A stretch of DNA of 64,000 bases from Kiritimatiellia bacterium (GTDB lineage Bacteria > Verrucomicrobiota > Kiritimatiellia > RFP12 > UBA1067). The translations under genes and the position numbers were made by a program. Numbering within the stretch: position 1 is the stretch's first letter; every line of letters starts with the position of its first letter. The notes under the pieces were generated by a model. It ran no database searches. It had not been told where the DNA came from and was given only the letters and a program-made list of their open reading frames with translations. The DNA lies in NCBI GenBank assembly GCA_017403825.1, contig JAFRDO010000065.1:6438-70437 (forward strand), read 5' to 3'. Below are positions 1-7,375 of this stretch, in pieces.

Positions 1-635
1 TGGTTCCAGTATGTCAGTCGCCCGGAAGACCATTCCGTCAAATATCGTACGACCGTAGTGGGCGTCGCCGGATCGGCAGAAACAGCCGACAGGCTGCCGA
101 GTCGTCTCTTGTCTGCCGACGGCTCGCCGGACAGCTTCGTCCACTTTCGCTTGGCGCGGCTTCGCGCAGTCGCGGCGGATACGACAGTCGTTCCGCCTTC
201 GGACGCCGAAGCGGAACTCGCGCCGGTCTTCATGCGTTCGTCTTGCGCCGCACCGTCAGGAAGCATGGCAAGGCGTCCGCGCATGTCGGACAGCAGCATC
301 GCCTCCAGCGGGTGACCCTGCGGAATTGCGCCGTCGTACCAGTCAACCACGGCTACAATTGGCTCGATCTCCGTGTCAGCCGACGCAACTACGCAACCGC
401 CGCCGCTCATGGCGACCTCGTACCAGAGAAGCGTCCCGTCGTCGTCACGGCGCTCCTTGACGGAGACAGGACCCCCAATCTCGCCTGACAGCGATCGGTT
501 CTGCGCCGCCCACGCCCTGGCGGCGGCAAGAGCCATGTCGCCAGTCACTTCTGCAGCTTGGGCCGCCGTTGCCAAGGCAGTTGCAGCGAACAGGAATGTC
601 CGTTTCAGCAATTTGCCGAACGACGTTGACGTCAC
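1..635 (-). CDS. Partial secreted protein with a C10-propeptide / I69 (Spi-like) inhibitor-type N-terminal domain. The gene continues beyond the window start.
   Basis: I translated the reverse strand by hand and it is stop-free from ~635 to position 1. It is not in the ORF track, presumably because it has a GTG/TTG start and no stop inside the window. N-terminus: (V/L)...KLLKRTFLFAATALATAAQA, a signal peptide. It is followed by 'DMALAAARAWAAQN...LLWYEVAMSGGGCVVASADTEIEPIVA', which mirrors the prodomain of the adjacent C10 peptidase ('SPEQAQAAVGKWIS...AVYHAVNLKGGGFVVTSGDTRLPPIIAFS'). Candidate starts are GTG 635 or TTG 611; there is no strong RBS. Confidence 0.4.
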   Translation of the reverse strand, partial: MTSTSFGKLLKRTFLFAATALATAAQAAEVTGDMALAAARAWAAQNRSLSGEIGGPVSVKERRDDDGTLLWYEVAMSGGGCVVASADTEIEPIVAVVDWYDGAIPQGHPLEAMLLSDMRGRLAMLPDGAAQDERMKTGASSASASEGGTTVVSAATARSRAKRKWTKLSGEPSADKRRLGSLSAVSADPATPTTVVRYLTEWSSGRLTYWN

Positions 636-735
636 ATCCGCACAAGCGGTTCTTTCGCAAACAGTTTCTGCAGTCACGGTTTTTATCTTACGTAGTGTCC
701 TTGATGGGCGAATTATCCGTTTTGAGTCTCCAACG

Positions 736-3621
736 TCACTGCAACGACGCCGCGAAATCAACAACAGCCCCATAATCGCCGATGTCCACGTCGATTAAAA
801 GCTCCTTGTAATACTTCAGCTTCGCATCGATGACACATGCGCACAGCGAGTATCTCGTGACGTAGGTCTCTGACTCCTTGCCTTCGTCGATCACAACAAG
901 CGTCGAGTCCAAGACGATCAGCGGAGCCGAAAGCGAGAGCGTCTTGCCGCCCACCGTGCCGGACACCTTCACAGAGTCGCCGTTCGCCAACCGCACGTCC
1001 AGCTTGTCCTTGGCCTTCGTAAGCCCCGAACCCTCGTCCGCTTTCGTGAAGCTGTCCGTGCGGCCAATCAACGCGGCAAGCTTCCCGCCCTCCTTCACCA
1101 GGTTCGGTTTCTTCTGCCCAATGAAAGTCCTCTTGGAGTTTGCGCACTCCTTTACGAACACCTCGTCGGCCAAGCCCCTCGTCTTGATCGTCAACGTGCC
1201 CGGGCTAAAGCTCTTGGAGCCCATCTTGACCTTCGGGCTGAACTTCACACCAGAGGACGCGTAAGACGAGCATGTCACCTTGAACGAATATGCCTTGCCG
1301 CCAGACGTCATCTTGCCGGACACGCTGCCAGTCGACCCAACGGTGAACTTGAGGGACGCCGGCGGCTTGCCCGTGCCATTCGGATACGCCACGCCATAGT
1401 ACGTGCCCCTCGCCCATTCCGGCATCAAGACCTTGATCTTGACCTTCTGCGTAATCTTGTTCCCAGCCGCACTCTTTACGGTCACCGTCGCCGTGAACGT
1501 ACCGAACTTCGTAGGCGTCCCCGTTATCTCGCCGGTTGCCTTGTCGATGTCAAGACCTTTCGGAAGTCCCTTCGCAGACACAGTCACGAGCGAGGCGGAC
1601 GATATCCCGAGACCGAGATAAAACTCCTCGCCGGCCACCGTGCCAGCGGGTGTATTCGCGAGTTTCTTCGTCTTGGACGAGAACTTCAGCGCCTTCTTGT
1701 CCGCTGCTTTCGTGATGAACTTCGCGTAGATGGTGGTGTTCTCCGCGGGCATCACAATCTTCACCTTCGGGTCAAGGTTGTCGTAGTCGTCAGGGTTCAG
1801 CGGATTCTTGCACGCCTTGTCCGTGAACCACCCGCCGAACGCGTTCCCGCTCTCAGCCTTAGCCGTGATCGTCACCGTCTTGCCCGCCAGATACTTTCCG
1901 CCGCCGCTTACCGTTCCGCGCGAAGTGCTGTTCGGCTTAAGCGTGAGGGTCCTTTTGACCGGGGCTGCCCACTCCGTGAACTTCAGGTCCACGCCCCACT
2001 TGTTCCCTGTCTCGCAATTGTTCCCTGCCTCGTAGTTGTAATAGCCATACGATCCGCCCGTGCTGAGAACGGACATGTTGACGGACTCCGACGGCTCCTC
2101 TTCCGTCTTGTCGTTCGAAGCCCGGACCGTGTAGCGCCCCGTAGCCGTAATCCTGAACGAGTAGATGCCCTTTGAGTCGGTGGTCGTGGACGCCTTCGCG
2201 TTCTTCGCCGAGTCGTAGAGCGTAACCGTCGCGCCCGCCACCGCCGTGCCGGCGGCGTCGAGCACCCGGCCAGAGAGTACGTCGCCCGCCTCCGTCGGGT
2301 GGATGTTAAACCCGATGCCCTCGAACTCGAAGTAAGTCTCCTGGTCGTCTCTGACCAGCAACGGTTCATTCACCAGATAGTACCAGGCATCGTCACCGCC
2401 ATACCACCCGAAGTTAAGATGCGTGTACCGCTTGCCAGACGTATAGCCATAGCCGTCGGCGACGATCGCATGGCCACCGTAATGGCCGTCGACCGACAGG
2501 ATCACGGGCATCTTCGCATCGAGACTGGCATAAAGCGCATTGTTGAAGTCGGCCACCCTCTGCTCGAAATCGTCCGGCCTGTACGCTTCCGCCTCGCTGA
2601 GCGCATCGATGTCGTGGTAGATGAACGTTCCGGACTTGTAGCCGAACCGGGTCTTCATCACATCCACCAGAACGCTTGGGGACGCACTGCCAAAACCAGG
2701 ACCCCACTCCATTCCCACAGCAACGGCTATGTTGTATGTCAGCATTCCAACAGCCTTGATCTGAGCGGCGGAGGGAGCGGGCGCATTCTGATCCCATATC
2801 AGGAACATGTTGCTCCAATCGAAGGCACCGGCGATTGATTTCTGCGTGGTCTTCTTTTTGTCGACAACGCATGCGTTCGAGAACTGGGCTATGGAGTTTT
2901 TAGGCATCTCCCAGTACTTCATGATCTGCGCACCCGCCGTGGCGACGCATCCGCACGGATAGTTGTTCGGCGTGTAGTAGTTGAACACATAATAATCGTC
3001 CCACATGTATTTTTGGGAGTTCCATGCAATGTCCCCGACCTGTCCCCACTCCGTCTTGAGCAACTTGCCGACGCGCACGTCAGAGACGGAAGTCTTCCGG
3101 CTTCCGACTGCGCAAACGCGGCGGTCGCCTTCAGCCGCCGCCGCGGACTTCGAAGGCAAAAGCTCGCTCCATTCCGCCATGGCGGCGGCATATGGGTTCG
3201 CGCCGCCGCCCTGACCGGACGACGCGGCAGCAACCTTGCGGTCGGAGCGCTCAAGGGCTGAGACCGCGCCCGCCAGGTCCTTCTGGAGAAGCGCATGGAA
3301 CGGACCGGACTCATCGCCGCTGAAACGACCCTCGGTGGAAAACGCGATGATCGGCGGCAACCGCGTGTCGCCGGAGGTCACGACGAACCCGCCGCCCTTG
3401 AGGTTCACCGCATGATAGACAGCGCGTCCCGTCTTGCTTCGGACGGTCTTAGGCGTTTCGGCGTCCTTCGACTGAAACTCCGAATCCATCCTTTTCGGAC
3501 CGAGGCTTATCCATTTCCCCACGGCGGCCTGAGCCTGTTCAGGCGACACTTCCGCAGCCCACAGCGCAAACGCCGCGAAAAACGCTGCAAATGAAAAAAC
3601 AAATTTGACAATCAGTTTCAT
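736..3621 (-). CDS. Secreted C10-family (streptopain/SpeB-like) cysteine peptidase with a carboxypeptidase-regulatory-like domain and Ig-like/putative-Ig domains
   Basis: ATG at 3621 is preceded by AAGGAGG. Signal peptide MKLIVKFVFSFAAFFAAFALWA. The catalytic Cys motif 'YPCGCVATAGAQIMKYW' closely matches SpeB 'CVATATAQIMKYH', and a His motif 'GHYGGHAIVADGYGY' follows. 'SGRVLDAAGTAVAGATVTLYD' is a CarboxypepD_reg-like segment. Repeated 'KGLPKGLDIDKATGEITGTP' units are putative Ig domains. Confidence 0.8.
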   Translation of the reverse strand: MKLIVKFVFSFAAFFAAFALWAAEVSPEQAQAAVGKWISLGPKRMDSEFQSKDAETPKTVRSKTGRAVYHAVNLKGGGFVVTSGDTRLPPIIAFSTEGRFSGDESGPFHALLQKDLAGAVSALERSDRKVAAASSGQGGGANPYAAAMAEWSELLPSKSAAAAEGDRRVCAVGSRKTSVSDVRVGKLLKTEWGQVGDIAWNSQKYMWDDYYVFNYYTPNNYPCGCVATAGAQIMKYWEMPKNSIAQFSNACVVDKKKTTQKSIAGAFDWSNMFLIWDQNAPAPSAAQIKAVGMLTYNIAVAVGMEWGPGFGSASPSVLVDVMKTRFGYKSGTFIYHDIDALSEAEAYRPDDFEQRVADFNNALYASLDAKMPVILSVDGHYGGHAIVADGYGYTSGKRYTHLNFGWYGGDDAWYYLVNEPLLVRDDQETYFEFEGIGFNIHPTEAGDVLSGRVLDAAGTAVAGATVTLYDSAKNAKASTTTDSKGIYSFRITATGRYTVRASNDKTEEEPSESVNMSVLSTGGSYGYYNYEAGNNCETGNKWGVDLKFTEWAAPVKRTLTLKPNSTSRGTVSGGGKYLAGKTVTITAKAESGNAFGGWFTDKACKNPLNPDDYDNLDPKVKIVMPAENTTIYAKFITKAADKKALKFSSKTKKLANTPAGTVAGEEFYLGLGISSASLVTVSAKGLPKGLDIDKATGEITGTPTKFGTFTATVTVKSAAGNKITQKVKIKVLMPEWARGTYYGVAYPNGTGKPPASLKFTVGSTGSVSGKMTSGGKAYSFKVTCSSYASSGVKFSPKVKMGSKSFSPGTLTIKTRGLADEVFVKECANSKRTFIGQKKPNLVKEGGKLAALIGRTDSFTKADEGSGLTKAKDKLDVRLANGDSVKVSGTVGGKTLSLSAPLIVLDSTLVVIDEGKESETYVTRYSLCACVIDAKLKYYKELLIDVDIGDYGAVVDFAASLQ

Positions 3622-3808
3622 TTTCCGCCTCCTTGTATCCCCGTTAGACAACAGACAATACCCTATGTGCAGCTCTGTGCCACCATATGATTATTTGCCT
3701 GCGATCGGTATTATAGCAGTTTCGGTTTGGGTCTGTAAAGCGAACCTCAGCCTGAGATCCCGCCTTGGGCGAGTGAGGACGGCGCAGCCATTGGGCCGCA
3801 CCGTCTGT

Positions 3809-5770
3809 TTATTTATACGTCTGCACGAAACCAGCAGTCTCTTCTACCGCAAGAACCGGCAGAACGGAAGCGCCAAGCCGCAGCATCACGTCCTCATCAG
3901 CCTTTATGTCAAGCGACCAGACTTCAGCCGGCGCCATATTCCGTTCCCCAGTCAGCGTGACCGCCGCCGTCTGGCGCGGCATGGACGCGACAACCGCACC
4001 TGCGGCGTTCAGCATAGATACCGCCGCCGGCTCCTCGGGAGTGACCGCCGCATACACCTTCTTCGCGCCGTCCGGCACAGGGAAATAGAGTCGGCAAGTT
4101 TCGCGGAACAGGTTGAGAGACGTGTCGGCCAGAAGCCCCTGGCCGGGATATGGCGAGCTAACGGACACCGTGTTGCCGCGCGTGTCGATCTCGAACCGGC
4201 GCAGGTTGCGTCCCGCCGTCTTGACCGATGCTTTCTGCACGGCGGCGGTGATGCTGAACGTGCCAAGGTCCGTCCCCATCATGTCCCTCATCTGCACGGG
4301 ACAGTTCAGCTTGCGGTTGCCGACGGTCTTCGCCCTGAAGGTCAGCGTGTACTCGCCTTCCTTCGGCAGATGCTGTAGGAACGTGAACTTTCCCCGGCAC
4401 ATGGGCGTCGCCTTCTTCACCGCAGAATCCGGCGCAATCGGACGCAGCGCCCGATAGTCCACAAATCCGCCGCCGAACGCCTTGCGCAATTCCGGGTTCG
4501 GACGGTTCTTCGCGGCAAGCGCGACAAAGTCAAACGGCGCAGACGCACCGTCGCGCTCGACCGAAAGCGTGCCGCCGACGGACTCGATGCCGACGCCCAC
4601 CGTCCCGGAGAACTCGACCGCCGGCTCCTTGTCCACGACAAGGCGGCAATTCTCGAACGACAGGTTCGCGGCATCGTCTGACAATCCGTTGTTGCTGACC
4701 AGTAGTCCGCTCCATGTTCCGCCGCGCGCGTCAAGCAACGTGTCCTTCACTGCAACTGACGCCGTCTCGCGCGAGACCCCGTTGACGACCATCGCCCGCG
4801 AACGGTTTCCGGCGAACTGGCAGTTCTCAACGCGAATCGCGCCTTTCACTGGCTTCCGCCTGCCGTTGGCGCCCACCGTAATCGCAAGGCCGTTCGCCGC
4901 ATTGCCGCGCGCGCGGCAGTTCCTCAGGGTTACGGAAATCGGCTCCGTCGTCTCGTCCAGACACGTCAGGTGAAACAGAATGCCGCTCGAGGCGTTGCCA
5001 TCGAACTCGCAGTTCTCGACGACGCAGTTGGAGAGGCGGTCAGTCGGCCTGTTCGGCTCGAAGTCGATGCCGCACTGCGGCGGCGTTCCCTTCGTGGCCG
5101 TAAAGCGCGAATCCGCGATGGTGAGATTGTGCGCCCCTGTGATGCTGATGCCCTGTCGGTAGTGGTCGCGGCAGTCCACGCGGCGAATGTCAATGTCCGT
5201 GCTGTTCCGTCCGACGTAGATGCCGTCGCCTCCGGAATAGCGGAACGAGAGATCTGAGACGCGGACATTGGCGCTGTTTATGATATTGAGAGTGTGACGC
5301 CATTCGCTGAAGCAGTATGCCTTGCGGTCGGTATAGGCGTCGCGCTCCATCCGAAGAAGCGCATTCCCCTCTCCGCGCAAAACGACGTTAGAAACGCCGC
5401 GAGCGGTGAACAGGCAGTCGTTCCGACCCTTGTACGCGCCTGTCAGCGCCCGCACCGTCACACCGTCTTCGACGACAACCTCCTGATTGGAGCGAAGGAA
5501 TACCGGCTCGACGATCCAGTCTCCCGACTGCCGGTCGATCACAACTTTCGCCGCGCCGGAGTCAAAAGCCGTCTGAAGGCACTTAGTCGCATTCGTCGCG
5601 TTCCACCCGAACGACGAGGCCTTCACGCCACAGGGAGAACTGGTTTCTCGCCCATTCACTTGTAGCTCTCGCCGCGCAGCACAACTGGCGAGATGTCCGT
5701 TGTTCCGATGACATCCCGCCACCGATATAGCTGCCAAAGACAAAGCAACCACAAGTTTCACCGGCGACAT
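3809..5770 (-). CDS. Lipoprotein with right-handed parallel beta-helix repeats (pectate-lyase fold, GH28/polysaccharide-lyase-like)
   Basis: ATG at 5770 gives MSPVKLVVALSLAAISVAGC, a lipobox. The body has repeated beta-helix signatures ('NCVVENCEFDGNASSGILFH', 'RNCRARGNAANGLAIT', 'ENCQFAGNRSRAMVV'). The track ORF extends to 5881, but that upstream part lacks a signal peptide. Confidence 0.6.
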   Translation of the reverse strand: MSPVKLVVALSLAAISVAGCHRNNGHLASCAARRELQVNGRETSSPCGVKASSFGWNATNATKCLQTAFDSGAAKVVIDRQSGDWIVEPVFLRSNQEVVVEDGVTVRALTGAYKGRNDCLFTARGVSNVVLRGEGNALLRMERDAYTDRKAYCFSEWRHTLNIINSANVRVSDLSFRYSGGDGIYVGRNSTDIDIRRVDCRDHYRQGISITGAHNLTIADSRFTATKGTPPQCGIDFEPNRPTDRLSNCVVENCEFDGNASSGILFHLTCLDETTEPISVTLRNCRARGNAANGLAITVGANGRRKPVKGAIRVENCQFAGNRSRAMVVNGVSRETASVAVKDTLLDARGGTWSGLLVSNNGLSDDAANLSFENCRLVVDKEPAVEFSGTVGVGIESVGGTLSVERDGASAPFDFVALAAKNRPNPELRKAFGGGFVDYRALRPIAPDSAVKKATPMCRGKFTFLQHLPKEGEYTLTFRAKTVGNRKLNCPVQMRDMMGTDLGTFSITAAVQKASVKTAGRNLRRFEIDTRGNTVSVSSPYPGQGLLADTSLNLFRETCRLYFPVPDGAKKVYAAVTPEEPAAVSMLNAAGAVVASMPRQTAAVTLTGERNMAPAEVWSLDIKADEDVMLRLGASVLPVLAVEETAGFVQTYK

Positions 5771-5787
5771 CCCTTCACTTATATGAT

Positions 5788-7107
5788 TCACCGCGCAACA
5801 GCCGGGCAGACCACGCGGAAGCCGATATCGGGCTCGTAGGGCGTAGCAGTGGAAGAAGTAGTGCGCATTCCACTTCCGCACTCGCCCTTGCCTGTTTTAT
5901 AGCCGCCGCCTTTGATGACGCGATAGGTGCCGCCATCACCTGCTTCAGGCCCTTCGGGATCGACAACCGCGCTCCCGTCGGAAGCGGTAGGGCCACCACC
6001 CCAGGCATCAAGACAAATTTCTCCTACATTGCCGTGCATATCGTAGAGCCCGTATGCGTTCGGCTTCAGCAAACCGACCTCTTGGGCAGTTCCCAACGCA
6101 GTCCCCCACGAATCCGCCCACATGTATTGATCGCATACGCCACGACCATCTACAAAAACGCCTTGTGTGCCGTTCCATGAGATGTTGTCATACCAGAGCG
6201 TAGTCGAACCAGCTCGGCAGGCGAATTCCCATTGTGCCTCGGTCGGAAGGTCGAACTCCATTCCTCCCGCAATGCCGCGAATTAGCTTGATGAAACGATC
6301 CGGGCTATCCTGAACCTCATGACCGTCACGCGGCCAATACTTGCTGGAGCCTCTGATATTGGCGCATGGCGTGTAAGCCCTTGGCTGCTTTTCCTCCTGA
6401 TGGTACTGATTGTCAGGAGCCAGATTCGACTGCGAAGGCCAGACGGTGGCATACTGCTTTGCCGTCAGTTCGTAGATGCCCATGTAGAAGTCATCCGTGA
6501 GCGATACGGCGTGCGGCGGCATGGCAATGTTGCGACTAAGCCAATAGCTGTAATAGGCGGACATTCCAGGGTCGTTCGTCGGATATCCCATCGTGAACGT
6601 CTCGCCGCCGGCGGGGATGCGGCGCATGACAAGCTTGGTCGTCTTGTAAACGTCGTCGGAGATGCCGCCAGGAATGGCGTTAGTGCTGTTGTAGTACTTG
6701 CGGCCACCATTCGTCAGGTCTAGCACGAAATAGTCAGGCGGGTTCGTGAGCGCCCTTGCGCTCACCTTCACCGAAACACCAGAAGCGATCTTGTGTTCCG
6801 GCCAGTCCTTCGTCGCCGCCCAGTAGATGAAGTTCGTCGCCGTTGCGCTTGGTGCGACAACCGTGTTCACCGCGCCCTTAAGACTGGTGAAGTTCTCCTC
6901 GCCGATGCTCACGCCGTTAGTGAGGACATCTACCGTGACGACGGCACTCTCCGTACCTGTCAGCTTGTAGTTGATAACAACATCCCGCTTGCCATTCTGA
7001 GCATAGGCGACATCGGAGACGTTGATTTCTCCGGCAGCGCAGATGCCGGATATGAGAGTCACTGCGGCAGCCGAAAAGGACTTGATGAAGTGATTGGTGC
7101 TTTTCAT
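5788..7107 (-). CDS. Secreted protein with a C-terminal FGE-sulfatase (SUMF1/EgtB/PvdO-type) domain
   Basis: ATG at 7107 with AAGGAA upstream. Signal peptide MKSTNHFIKSFSAAAVTLISGICAAG. The C-terminal half has FGE-domain hallmarks 'YGLYDMHGNVGEICLD' and 'RVIKGGGYKTGKGECGSGMRTTS'. The N-terminal ~200 aa are not recognised. Confidence 0.65.
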   Translation of the reverse strand: MKSTNHFIKSFSAAAVTLISGICAAGEINVSDVAYAQNGKRDVVINYKLTGTESAVVTVDVLTNGVSIGEENFTSLKGAVNTVVAPSATATNFIYWAATKDWPEHKIASGVSVKVSARALTNPPDYFVLDLTNGGRKYYNSTNAIPGGISDDVYKTTKLVMRRIPAGGETFTMGYPTNDPGMSAYYSYWLSRNIAMPPHAVSLTDDFYMGIYELTAKQYATVWPSQSNLAPDNQYHQEEKQPRAYTPCANIRGSSKYWPRDGHEVQDSPDRFIKLIRGIAGGMEFDLPTEAQWEFACRAGSTTLWYDNISWNGTQGVFVDGRGVCDQYMWADSWGTALGTAQEVGLLKPNAYGLYDMHGNVGEICLDAWGGGPTASDGSAVVDPEGPEAGDGGTYRVIKGGGYKTGKGECGSGMRTTSSTATPYEPDIGFRVVCPAVAR

Positions 7108-7135
7108 GGTTGTTCCTTGTTGCGTTTGTCAAAAA

Positions 7136-7339
7136 TTACCGAACATAGATTACCATGCCGAGAGGAATGGTATCGAGCGATCCATCAGCAGAAACGGCCC
7201 AATGGCCGACCGTAGTATTGATGGCTCCTGCGGAAGACGTCGCCGTTGAATCTGGCAAACGGTTGGTATTGGCGAATGCGGCCAACACCACAAGCATGGC
7301 CGCAACAATGGCAGCCACGCGCAATCCTGATGTTTTCAT
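7136..7339 (-). CDS. Small secreted peptide (67 aa precursor, ~44 aa mature), function unknown
   Basis: ATG at 7339 sits 12 nt downstream of AAAAAGGAGG. Signal peptide MKTSGLRVAAIVAAMLVVLAAFA. The mature part, NTNRLPDSTATSSAGAINTTVGHWAVSADGSLDTIPLGMVIYVR, ends in the same tail motif as the four PATR proteins (see findings). It sits in a 270 bp gap between two genes on the same strand. Confidence 0.45.
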   Translation of the reverse strand: MKTSGLRVAAIVAAMLVVLAAFANTNRLPDSTATSSAGAINTTVGHWAVSADGSLDTIPLGMVIYVR

Positions 7340-7375
7340 GTTCAAGTTAGGCCTCCTTTTTGCTGATGACGATGG

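Noticed and set aside
3605-4378. A 257-aa plus-strand ORF across the C10 peptidase start and the beta-helix gene end.
   Set aside because: It spans an intergenic region and two oppositely oriented real genes, and has no homology signal.
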